64,000 bases of DNA from Candidatus Poribacteria bacterium. GTDB taxonomy: Bacteria > Poribacteria > WGA-4E > WGA-3G. The stretch's first letter is position 1. The number at the start of each line of letters is the position of its first letter. Positions 19,016 through 27,617 of the stretch are shown in pieces. The notes beneath the pieces are model-generated. The model had not been told where the DNA came from and made no database searches. It saw only the letters and a program-made list of their open reading frames with translations. Made by a program: the position numbers and the translations under genes. The stretch is from assembly GCA_965205025.1 (NCBI GenBank), contig CBDBFU010000009.1, forward strand, positions 32,001-96,000, in the 5' to 3' direction.

Positions 19016-21067
19016 ATGCACTACACATCACAACAAAACGACTGGTTAGTCCAACCCTTTGAGCAACCCGCGACAGTAGAAGAAATGGATAATCAACTTA
19101 TTATCAGTAACGGACTAATTCAGCGAAGGTTCGTAACCACTCCCAATTTCGCAACAATAGATTACACCAATCTAATCACAGGTAACAGTCTTCTGCGTGG
19201 CATCAAACCTGAAGCTATACTTACGATAAACGGACAGGAATATGAAGTTGGTGGCTTAAAAGGTCAACCAGATTACGCCTATCTTGATGATAAATGGATT
19301 CCTGATTTGACCAGTGATCCTAACGCATTTCAATATCAAGAATATCGAATTAGTGCACCAGAAATGCGATACCCATGGGTAGACAGACGTACGGAAACAT
19401 CTTCACCGTATCCACCAGAAGGTGTAACACTGACCGTCGTCTTCTCATCTCCACCATCCCTCGAACCACTTCAAATTTGTGTGCATTATGAACTATACCA
19501 AGGTATTCCCGTATTATCTAAATGGATTACTATTCACAATGAGAGTCAGAAAACAATCGAAATTGATGCTCTAAGTAGTGAAATCCTTGCTGTCAATGAA
19601 CAGGAGAAACACCGTCTACATGTGGAAAGTGATTATGCTTTCAGCAAAATGGAGACAACACAGTGGGGACCAGATGAAGAATATCTGACACAGACCGATT
19701 ATCTCTATCAGATGCCACTTTTGATGACAAGCACGTATCCACTCGGTCCTGGCGTACTTCTTCAACCGGGAGAGTCATTTGAAAGCTTTCGCACCTATGA
19801 AATCCTACATGATAGCGATGATCGTGAACGAAAAGGACTCACACATCGTAAGATGTATCGAACACTTGCACCACAAGTTACCGAAAATCCAATTCTCATG
19901 CACGTTCGAAGTGCCGAACCAGACGCTGTTCGCTTAGCAATCGATCAGTGTGCTGAAGTCGGATTTGAAATGGTGATTATGACCTTTGGCAGTGGATACA
20001 ATGTTGAAAGTGAAGATCCTGAATATATCGCAAGAATGAAGGAATTAGCTGACTATGCTCATAGCAAAAACATTCAACTTGGTGGTTATACTTTAATGTG
20101 TGCATCACGTGGTGTAGGAGAAGAATTCAACTGTATTGATCCTGATACTGGAAAACCCGGAAGTAGATTTGGACAAAGTGCATGTCTCGCAAGTGAATGG
20201 GGAGATGGTTATGTTGAGAGAGTACTGAATTTCATGGACGCAACCGGAATGGATATCATTGAGACCGATGGTCCATACCATGGTGATGTCTGTGCCTCTA
20301 CAACCCACAAACACCATAACGGTTTAGCGGATTCACAATTGCGTCAGTGGGAAGCATGTGTGAATTTCTATCACGAATGTAGAAAACGCGGTATCTATAT
20401 CAATTCGCCAGATAATTATTACCTCAATGGTTCAAACAAATGTGGTATGGGGTATCGCGAAACAAACTTCAGTTTACCACGAGAACAACAGATTCTAATA
20501 GCAAGGCAAAATATCTACGATGCGACATACCAAAAGACACCCAGTATGGGATGGATGTTCGTTCCGTTAGTGGAATATCACGGCGGTGGACAGGCAGCAA
20601 CGTTTGAACCGTTGTGTGAACACCTTGAGGACTACGAATCACACCTCGCACAGAACTTCGGTAGCGGTGTGATTGCATGTTATCGTGGTCCGAGACTTTT
20701 CGATACAGAAGAGACAAAAGCTGTTGTTAAGAAATGGGTCGACTTTTTTAAACAGTATCGTCCTATCTTGGAATCGGATGTGATTCATGTACGCCGTCCA
20801 GATGGACGATCTATTGATTGTATACTACATGCTAATCCCCAACTTAACCCCTGTGGATTGGCAATGCTATATAATTCTACTAATCAGACACAAGAAACAA
20901 CGCTGAAATTACCTGTCTATTATACCGGATTGAGTGAAATAGCTAAAATTCGAGAAAAAGAAGATGAACCAAAAGCATACAAGATAGACCGAAATTACAA
21001 CATTGAGATTCCAATTAAAATGGAAGCGAATAGCATTACCTATCTTGTAATAGATTCTGGATCATGA
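19016..21067 (+). CDS. Alpha-galactosidase-like glycoside hydrolase (GH36/clan D-like TIM barrel)
   Basis: 683 aa; N-terminal beta-sandwich (VHYELYQGIPVLSKW), IDQCAEVGFEMVIMTFGSG, ACLASEW, IETDGPY. Confidence 0.7.
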   Translation: MHYTSQQNDWLVQPFEQPATVEEMDNQLIISNGLIQRRFVTTPNFATIDYTNLITGNSLLRGIKPEAILTINGQEYEVGGLKGQPDYAYLDDKWIPDLTSDPNAFQYQEYRISAPEMRYPWVDRRTETSSPYPPEGVTLTVVFSSPPSLEPLQICVHYELYQGIPVLSKWITIHNESQKTIEIDALSSEILAVNEQEKHRLHVESDYAFSKMETTQWGPDEEYLTQTDYLYQMPLLMTSTYPLGPGVLLQPGESFESFRTYEILHDSDDRERKGLTHRKMYRTLAPQVTENPILMHVRSAEPDAVRLAIDQCAEVGFEMVIMTFGSGYNVESEDPEYIARMKELADYAHSKNIQLGGYTLMCASRGVGEEFNCIDPDTGKPGSRFGQSACLASEWGDGYVERVLNFMDATGMDIIETDGPYHGDVCASTTHKHHNGLADSQLRQWEACVNFYHECRKRGIYINSPDNYYLNGSNKCGMGYRETNFSLPREQQILIARQNIYDATYQKTPSMGWMFVPLVEYHGGGQAATFEPLCEHLEDYESHLAQNFGSGVIACYRGPRLFDTEETKAVVKKWVDFFKQYRPILESDVIHVRRPDGRSIDCILHANPQLNPCGLAMLYNSTNQTQETTLKLPVYYTGLSEIAKIREKEDEPKAYKIDRNYNIEIPIKMEANSITYLVIDSGS

Positions 21068-21255
21068 TACCTCAAATCGTTCTATACCAACAAATTCTGG
21101 CATAATGTATTCATGCCTGATTAGATAAATAATCTCAATTGTGCATTTACATTTTCTGCATTAATGTCTATAATAGGAATGTAATACCGTTTTCAATTGA
21201 AATATCTACATTACGATTTTTCATCTAAATAGGACTAATTAGTTGTAAAAATTGG

Positions 21256-21404
21256 AGTCTCGTAGGGACGGTAGGTCTATAGAAAATCTATGAAAACCTG
21301 AACTGAGTCCCGGGGAATGCCTAAATGGCATTCATACCCGGTGAATGTCTAAATGACATTCATACCGTTGATTCCTTGATTTGGTAGGGACGAAATGTTT
21401 ATAG
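21256..21404 (+). repeat. Second copy of the REP doublet with nested palindromic insertion
   Basis: Nested block near-identical to 16153-16251. Confidence 0.85.
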
Positions 21405-21462
21405 AAATAACAATGATTAATATAACATAATTAAACCTTGTATTCGCAAATGGAGGTAAAAA

Positions 21463-22227
21463 ATGAGAGTTGTCCAATTTAAACAATCAATTTTGGTATA
21501 TGGAACACTGATCTGCCTCTGTTTTATGTATCCAGGTCTGAGTTCTGCTATCGATACTGACGCTGCTTTGGGAATATGGCTTTTTGATGAAGGTAATGGT
21601 AATACTGCAATGGATAGTTCCAATAATGGTAATGATGGAGAACTGGTTGGTGCCAAATGGGTTGCCGGAAAGTATGGGGAGGCATTAAAGTTTGAGGGTG
21701 GTGCTCATGTTTCTGTGGGTAATTTTGCAGATTATGAGGATGAGGTGTCGATCATTGCTCTGATTAAAACACCTGCAGCTCCCGCATGGTCAGATATCAT
21801 CGTGGGCCCTTGTGGTGATGTTATTTTTACATTGCAGAACCACAAATTAAATTTCGCTGGACAATGTGCACAACCCATTCCCCATAATACGTGGTCGACA
21901 ACGTTGTTGAACGATGACAAATGGCATTCTCTTGCCGGTACTTACGACGGGAAAACAGTAAAGGTTTTTGTTGATGGGAAATTAGAAGCTTCTAATGCTG
22001 CAGCAGGTGCATTCAAAATAGGAGCAAAGTATATCGGATCAAGAGACGACAAACAAGAAGCATACACTGGTCTGATTGATGAGATCGCATTTTTCAATAC
22101 TGCACTCTCAGAAAACGATGTAAAAGACATTGCAGAAGGTGGCTTATCTGTTGCACTCGGTTTTGCCTCCGTATCTCCGCAAGCAAAACTCACTACCACA
22201 TGGGGAAATTTGAAATCGAAAAACTAA
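21463..22227 (+). CDS. Secreted LamG domain protein with TWG tail
   Basis: GIWLFDEGNGN..DSSNNGNDG, KWHSLAGTYDG, GLIDEIAFFN, VSPQAKLTTTWGNLK; GGAGG RBS. Confidence 0.9.
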   Translation: MRVVQFKQSILVYGTLICLCFMYPGLSSAIDTDAALGIWLFDEGNGNTAMDSSNNGNDGELVGAKWVAGKYGEALKFEGGAHVSVGNFADYEDEVSIIALIKTPAAPAWSDIIVGPCGDVIFTLQNHKLNFAGQCAQPIPHNTWSTTLLNDDKWHSLAGTYDGKTVKVFVDGKLEASNAAAGAFKIGAKYIGSRDDKQEAYTGLIDEIAFFNTALSENDVKDIAEGGLSVALGFASVSPQAKLTTTWGNLKSKN

Positions 22228-22365
22228 TGGACAGTCCACGATAATTTTGTGAGTAGTTTTCTTCTGTAGGAGCGACCTCCTGGTCGCGACATGATTTACT
22301 GATACATAATTATATTTGACAACATGGAGGATAGAGTTTAATCATCGCGTTATTGAACCTCGAAT

Positions 22366-23238
22366 ATGAGTATACTGGTAAATAAAAATACGAAAGTAAT
22401 AGTTCAAGGTATCACAGGACGTTCTGGACGTTTTCATACTGAACAGTGTGTGGATTATGGTACGAATATTGTTGCTGGGTCGGTCCCCGGCAAAGGTGGA
22501 GCTGATGTGAATGGAATCCCTGTGTTTGACACTGTCGCAGAGGGAGTTGAGAAGACTGGAGCGGATACATCTCTAATTTTCGTACCTGCACACTTTAATG
22601 CAGCAGATTCTATCATGGAAGCCGCAGATGCTGGAGTAGCATTAATTGTCTGTATTTCTGAACACATACCTATCCTTGATATGGTCAAGGCTAAAGCCTT
22701 CTTAAATGGAAATACAACTCGATTAATCGGACCCAATTGTCCAGGAATAATTACTCCCGGTGAATGCAAAATTGGCGTGATGCCAGCATTTGCATATAGC
22801 ACCGGTAATGTTGGTATCGTATCACGAAGTGGAACACTCACCTATGAAGCAGCTTATCAACTCAAACAGCTCGGAATCGGACAATCTACATGTGTCGGTA
22901 TCGGTGGTGATCCTGTAATAGGGACAAGTTTCGTTGATGTTCTTGAACTATTCGAAGAAGACGATGACACACACGCTGTTGTACTAATTGGTGAAATCGG
23001 TGGTAACGCTGAGGAGAAGGCAGCAGAATTTGTAAGAGACAAAATGACAAAACCTGTAGTTGGTTTTATCGCAGGACAGACCGCACCACCCGGAAAACGT
23101 ATGGGACATGCAGGTGCAATTATTTCGGGTGGGAAAGGTACAGCTGCAGACAAAATACAATCTCTAAAAAACGCTGGAATCGCTGTCGCAGAAAACCTTA
23201 CCACTATTGGTGATACCGTAGCAGAGGTATTGGGTTAA
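22366..23238 (+). CDS. sucD: Succinyl-CoA ligase alpha subunit
   Basis: [42 protein letters not shown]. Confidence 0.97.
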   Translation: MSILVNKNTKVIVQGITGRSGRFHTEQCVDYGTNIVAGSVPGKGGADVNGIPVFDTVAEGVEKTGADTSLIFVPAHFNAADSIMEAADAGVALIVCISEHIPILDMVKAKAFLNGNTTRLIGPNCPGIITPGECKIGVMPAFAYSTGNVGIVSRSGTLTYEAAYQLKQLGIGQSTCVGIGGDPVIGTSFVDVLELFEEDDDTHAVVLIGEIGGNAEEKAAEFVRDKMTKPVVGFIAGQTAPPGKRMGHAGAIISGGKGTAADKIQSLKNAGIAVAENLTTIGDTVAEVLG

Positions 23239-23261
23239 TCTGAACTTGTTGGGAACAAAAT

Positions 23262-24092
23262 ATGAAAAAAGACATTGCTTATCTACTGACCAAGAAACAG
23301 CAAAAACAACCAATAACTGTACTGACATGCTACGATTACCCAACTGCCTGTTTGCAGGATGCAGCTGAGATTGACATTGTTTTTGTCGGGGATAGTGTTG
23401 GAACCAATATCCTCGGCTATAAAAGCGAGATGGAAGTGACAATGGCAGATATGCTACATCACCTCAAGGCAGTCCGACGCGGTGTTACAAATGCCTATCT
23501 ACTCATAGATATGCCTTATGCTTCTGATCGTAATCCCAAACAAGCTATAGCTAACGCCAACCTATTCTTAGATAATGGCGCGGATGGTGTAAAACTGGAG
23601 GGTGGTACAGAGAAAGTTCACATTATAGCTGCCCTTACTGAACAGGATATAGAGGTATGTGCTCATATTGGGTATAATCCACAGATTCATGGGACTGTAG
23701 CAGTGACCTATGGAAAAACGGTTGCCAAAGCAAAAAAGTTAATTCAAACCGCTGAAGCACTTACAGATGCAGGTGCAAAACTCATAGTCCTTGAGAAAAT
23801 CACTGAAGAGATTAGCGAAATCATCACAGATACCCTTACTATTCCTACTATTGGGATAGGTGCAGGTAGGTTTTGTGATGGGCAAGTGCTCGTTATCAAC
23901 GATATATTAGGTATGGGTCCACCCTTCAAACATGCTCAACGTTATCAGGATTACGATCATCTCACCTTTGAGGCAATATCGCAATATATAAACGACGTAG
24001 AAAACCGAGATTTTCCAAGAGATGAGAATGTCTCTCACATCTCCGCTGACAAGTTAGCACGCGTTCAGAAGTGGTTGGAGGTAAAACAATGA
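23262..24092 (+). CDS. panB: 3-methyl-2-oxobutanoate hydroxymethyltransferase
   Basis: LTCYD, FVGDS, DMPY, VKLEGG, IPTIGIGAG...DGQVLV. Confidence 0.95.
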   Translation: MKKDIAYLLTKKQQKQPITVLTCYDYPTACLQDAAEIDIVFVGDSVGTNILGYKSEMEVTMADMLHHLKAVRRGVTNAYLLIDMPYASDRNPKQAIANANLFLDNGADGVKLEGGTEKVHIIAALTEQDIEVCAHIGYNPQIHGTVAVTYGKTVAKAKKLIQTAEALTDAGAKLIVLEKITEEISEIITDTLTIPTIGIGAGRFCDGQVLVINDILGMGPPFKHAQRYQDYDHLTFEAISQYINDVENRDFPRDENVSHISADKLARVQKWLEVKQ

Positions 24093-24166
24093 TATATCTC
24101 TTCTATCCAAAAACACCGTAAGTATCCTTTTCGTTAGGTAGAATCTCCAAAACCCATCTATTGTTA

Positions 24167-24385
24167 CTATAGTTTGGACATTTTCTGAGAGATGCTTAAC
24201 CTATTTCTAATTGTTTCTGGTTTTTCGCTACGTTTCTTACACCAATCCAACTCTGAGTAAAACAAACTTGGATGCACCAAACGATAGCCCCAGCGGGGCG
24301 GAATGTGTGTAGAAACGTCAAGCCACCCAAGGTCCAAGCCCCAGCGGGGCGAAATGTGTATCGTTTAAAACTGTCTAAACTATAG
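24167..24385. mobile_element. 219-bp MITE with 14-bp TIRs and an 8-bp target-site duplication, carrying a REP doublet
   Basis: CTATAGTTTGGACA...TGTCTAAACTATAG (one mismatch); TATTGTTA at 24159-24166 and 24386-24393; AGCCCCAGCGGGGCG twice inside. Confidence 0.85.
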
Positions 24386-24449
24386 TATTGTTAAGAAACG
24401 TATTTGGCATTGATTTAGTTCTACAATACGACTGACTCATCCTACAAAA

Positions 24450-27200
24450 TCACTTCTCATGTTCCCATAAGATCATAGTTCCATCCGCACTTCCACTTGC
24501 GATGGTTTTTCCATCTGGGTTAAACACCACACTTTGAACCGAATCTTTATGTCCAGATAGGGTACGGATATGTTCACCTGTTTCAACATTCCATAGACGG
24601 ATGGTTCTATCATGACTTCCACTTACGATTGTTTTCCCATCTGGACTAAAAGACACACCACGAACATTACTCGTATGTCCAGATAGAGTACGGATATGTT
24701 CACCAGTTACCACATCCCATAGACGAATGGTGTCGTCCGAACTACTACTTGCAATGGTTCTTCCATCCGGTTTAAAAATCACTCTTATAACCGTATCTCT
24801 ATGTCCATATAGCGTTCGGATATGTTCTCCCCTTTCAACATTCCACAGACGGATGGTAGTGTCAATACTCCCACTTGCGATGAGACGTCCATCTGGACTA
24901 AACGACACGGTATAGACATTACTCGTATGTCCTGATAAGGTACGGATATGTTCACCTGTTTCAACATCCCATAGACGAATGGTGTCATCTCCACCTCCAC
25001 CCGCTATCATGGTGCCATCTGGACTAAACGATACGCTATCACGCCAACCTCTATACCCCGATATTGTGCGGATATGTTCTCCTGTTTCAACATCCCATAG
25101 ACGAATAGTTCTGTCACTGTCGCTTCCACTGGCAATTATGTTACCAGCCGGGTTATACAAGATACTGTCGATTGAAGCATTATGTCTCGTTGATATTGTG
25201 CGGATATGTTCTCCTGTGTGCGCGTGCCACAGACGGATGTCAAAACCACTCGCACCGATGATTGTGTTTCCATCCGGACTAAAAGAGACACTTCTTACTA
25301 CACGCATATGCTCCGATATTGTGCGGATATGTTCTCCTGTGTGCGCGTCCGACAGTCGGATGCTTTCACCCAGGTTACCACTCCAACCTGCAGTCGCGAT
25401 AGTTATGCCATCCGGACTAAACGACACACTGTCGACCTCACCCCTATGGTGCCAATTTTTGAGATGTGTACCTGTTTGTGTGTGCCACAAACGGGAGGTG
25501 TTGTCCATACTGCTACTTGCGATGAGACGTCCATCTGGACTAAACGACACACTGTACACATCACCTGAATGTTTCGTTAACGTCTGAAGGTGTGTACCAT
25601 CATGTGCGTTCCATAGATGGATTACATTGCCATCACCACCACTTGCAATGATGTTTCCATCCGGACTAAACGACACGCTATTCACATCATCAGTATGTCC
25701 AGATAGGGTACGGATATGTTTACCAGTTACCACATCCCACAAACGGATGGTTTTGTCATTACTTCCACTTACGATTGTCGTGCCATCCGGACTAAACGAT
25801 ACGCTATTCACATCATCAGTATGTCCAGATAGGGTGCGGATATGTTCACCAGTTACCACATCCCACAAACGGATGGTTTTGTCACTACTTCCACTTACAA
25901 TTACTTTTCCATCCGGACTAAATGACACGCTATTCACATCATCAGTATGTCTCAACATAGTGTGGATATTCTCACCAGTCTCTACATTCCAGAGTCGGAT
26001 AGTTTTATCCTTACTTCCACTTGCGATTGTCGTACCATCAGGATTAAAAGACACGCTGAGCACCTTATCCGTATGACCCATGTATAGATTAAGTTCTTCA
26101 CCGGTCTGTGTATTGTAGATCCAAATACCGATTGAACTTGCAACTGCAAACTTAGCGCCATCGGAAGAAAATACTATATCTTTTACATCACCTTTACCAT
26201 GTCGTATTTTTGCCCCTTTAGGTAAATGCCATTTTGTATAATCATGAACAGCTTTATCCACTTGTACTTCTTCAGAAAGTGCAGAAGTATCATTAGGTTG
26301 CAGTTCAGAAATATTATCTTCATTCTGAACATTGACACTGCCAATTTTTATTTTCACATCTGGCTCTACCTCCAAGTTTGCGACTATAGGTGTATCAATA
26401 ATATCAACAGTCATCTCAGTTTTCGCATTAATACTATAAGGTTGCTGAAATCGAATTTGGTATTGATTGTTTCCAAAACCAAGTATAAGTAATACAACTA
26501 TTAACGTGGATGCGGCAGCTGCCAATGGAGCTAAAGGTTTACTACTGGTGGGTGTTGAAACTTTAGTACGCGAAATCTCACCCATGATAGTTTCTGTTAG
26601 ATTCGGGGATATTTGGAAATTATCTAATGCCTCCCTTATGACCGGTTCTTCTTTCTGTAAACGCTGTTGCGCACGGTGAAGTCGACTTTTAACGGTATTG
26701 GCAGAAACACCTAAAAACGCACCAATCTCTTTACACGACATATCACCAAAATAGTGAAGTGTCATGACAGTCCGTTCACTTTCCTTGAGTTTCGCAAGCA
26801 GTTTTTGAACAACATCGCGTTTTGCTTGTCCAGACATACGCTCGTTTTCTTCAACAACATATTCGGAGTACGCTGCTTTTTCTAACTGCTCCTTGTCTGC
26901 CTGCTCAAGATGATCCAATGATTGTGTCTGCAAACGCTTTTTTCGCAGCCATGAACTGCAGCTGTTCGCTGCAATTACATAGAGCCAACTCACAAACTGT
27001 TGAGGCTCCTTCAGGGTTGTCAATCGCTTGTATGCCTTCAAGAATGTATCCTGCGTAATCTCTTCAGCGATATGAAAATCTCCGATTTTTCGCCACGCAA
27101 GCGCGTGAACCTGCTTTTGGTATTTTCTCACAAGCACGGAAAAAGCGTCATCATCGCCTGCAAGGACGCGTTGAATAAGCTTAACATCGTCGTTCTTCAT
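24450..27200 (-). CDS. ECF sigma factor-TM-WD40 fusion, copy 1
   Basis: sigma2 (AEEITQDTFLKAY...WLYVIA.N), sigma4 (MSCKEIG.FLGVSANTVKSRLHRA), TM helix, ~14 regular WD40 blades. Confidence 0.93.
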   Translation of the reverse strand: MKNDDVKLIQRVLAGDDDAFSVLVRKYQKQVHALAWRKIGDFHIAEEITQDTFLKAYKRLTTLKEPQQFVSWLYVIAANSCSSWLRKKRLQTQSLDHLEQADKEQLEKAAYSEYVVEENERMSGQAKRDVVQKLLAKLKESERTVMTLHYFGDMSCKEIGAFLGVSANTVKSRLHRAQQRLQKEEPVIREALDNFQISPNLTETIMGEISRTKVSTPTSSKPLAPLAAAASTLIVVLLILGFGNNQYQIRFQQPYSINAKTEMTVDIIDTPIVANLEVEPDVKIKIGSVNVQNEDNISELQPNDTSALSEEVQVDKAVHDYTKWHLPKGAKIRHGKGDVKDIVFSSDGAKFAVASSIGIWIYNTQTGEELNLYMGHTDKVLSVSFNPDGTTIASGSKDKTIRLWNVETGENIHTMLRHTDDVNSVSFSPDGKVIVSGSSDKTIRLWDVVTGEHIRTLSGHTDDVNSVSFSPDGTTIVSGSNDKTIRLWDVVTGKHIRTLSGHTDDVNSVSFSPDGNIIASGGDGNVIHLWNAHDGTHLQTLTKHSGDVYSVSFSPDGRLIASSSMDNTSRLWHTQTGTHLKNWHHRGEVDSVSFSPDGITIATAGWSGNLGESIRLSDAHTGEHIRTISEHMRVVRSVSFSPDGNTIIGASGFDIRLWHAHTGEHIRTISTRHNASIDSILYNPAGNIIASGSDSDRTIRLWDVETGEHIRTISGYRGWRDSVSFSPDGTMIAGGGGDDTIRLWDVETGEHIRTLSGHTSNVYTVSFSPDGRLIASGSIDTTIRLWNVERGEHIRTLYGHRDTVIRVIFKPDGRTIASSSSDDTIRLWDVVTGEHIRTLSGHTSNVRGVSFSPDGKTIVSGSHDRTIRLWNVETGEHIRTLSGHKDSVQSVVFNPDGKTIASGSADGTMILWEHEK

Positions 27201-27247
27201 TTAGACACCTCGAAAAAATGGTTGCATCACTCTGGTTTTATAAATTG

Positions 27248-27276
27248 TGACGCAACTTGGAAGTGCAACGGGTGCA
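27248..27276 (-). promoter_or_regulatory. Candidate ECF autoregulatory promoter, copy 1
   Basis: TGCACCC-N17-CGTCA on the minus strand. Confidence 0.7.
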
Positions 27277-27617
27277 TAATTCTGCAAATATAAAAGTGTG
27301 TTTACATAAGAAAATTTGAGATTTATTGGTAAATAGGAAATCTAAAGGAAATTATAACGGATTATATTTCTTCTGTTAGTAGAATTATACCATAAATTTG
27401 GTTTCTGGGAAGGATTTTGCAAAAGAAATAGATTTCACAGGAGATTCTTACTCAAAATTTAAGCAAAGTTAGGTTACGTGTGAACCTTTGAAGGACATAG
27501 AGCGGAAGGTGAACTGGCAGTGCCAACCTATTTCTTACACTACCAGTCTTATGTGAGGTGACAAGATTCAACTGCTTTAACGGTGGGGGTTCTGACTGCC
27601 TAAGATTCTTAATTCTC

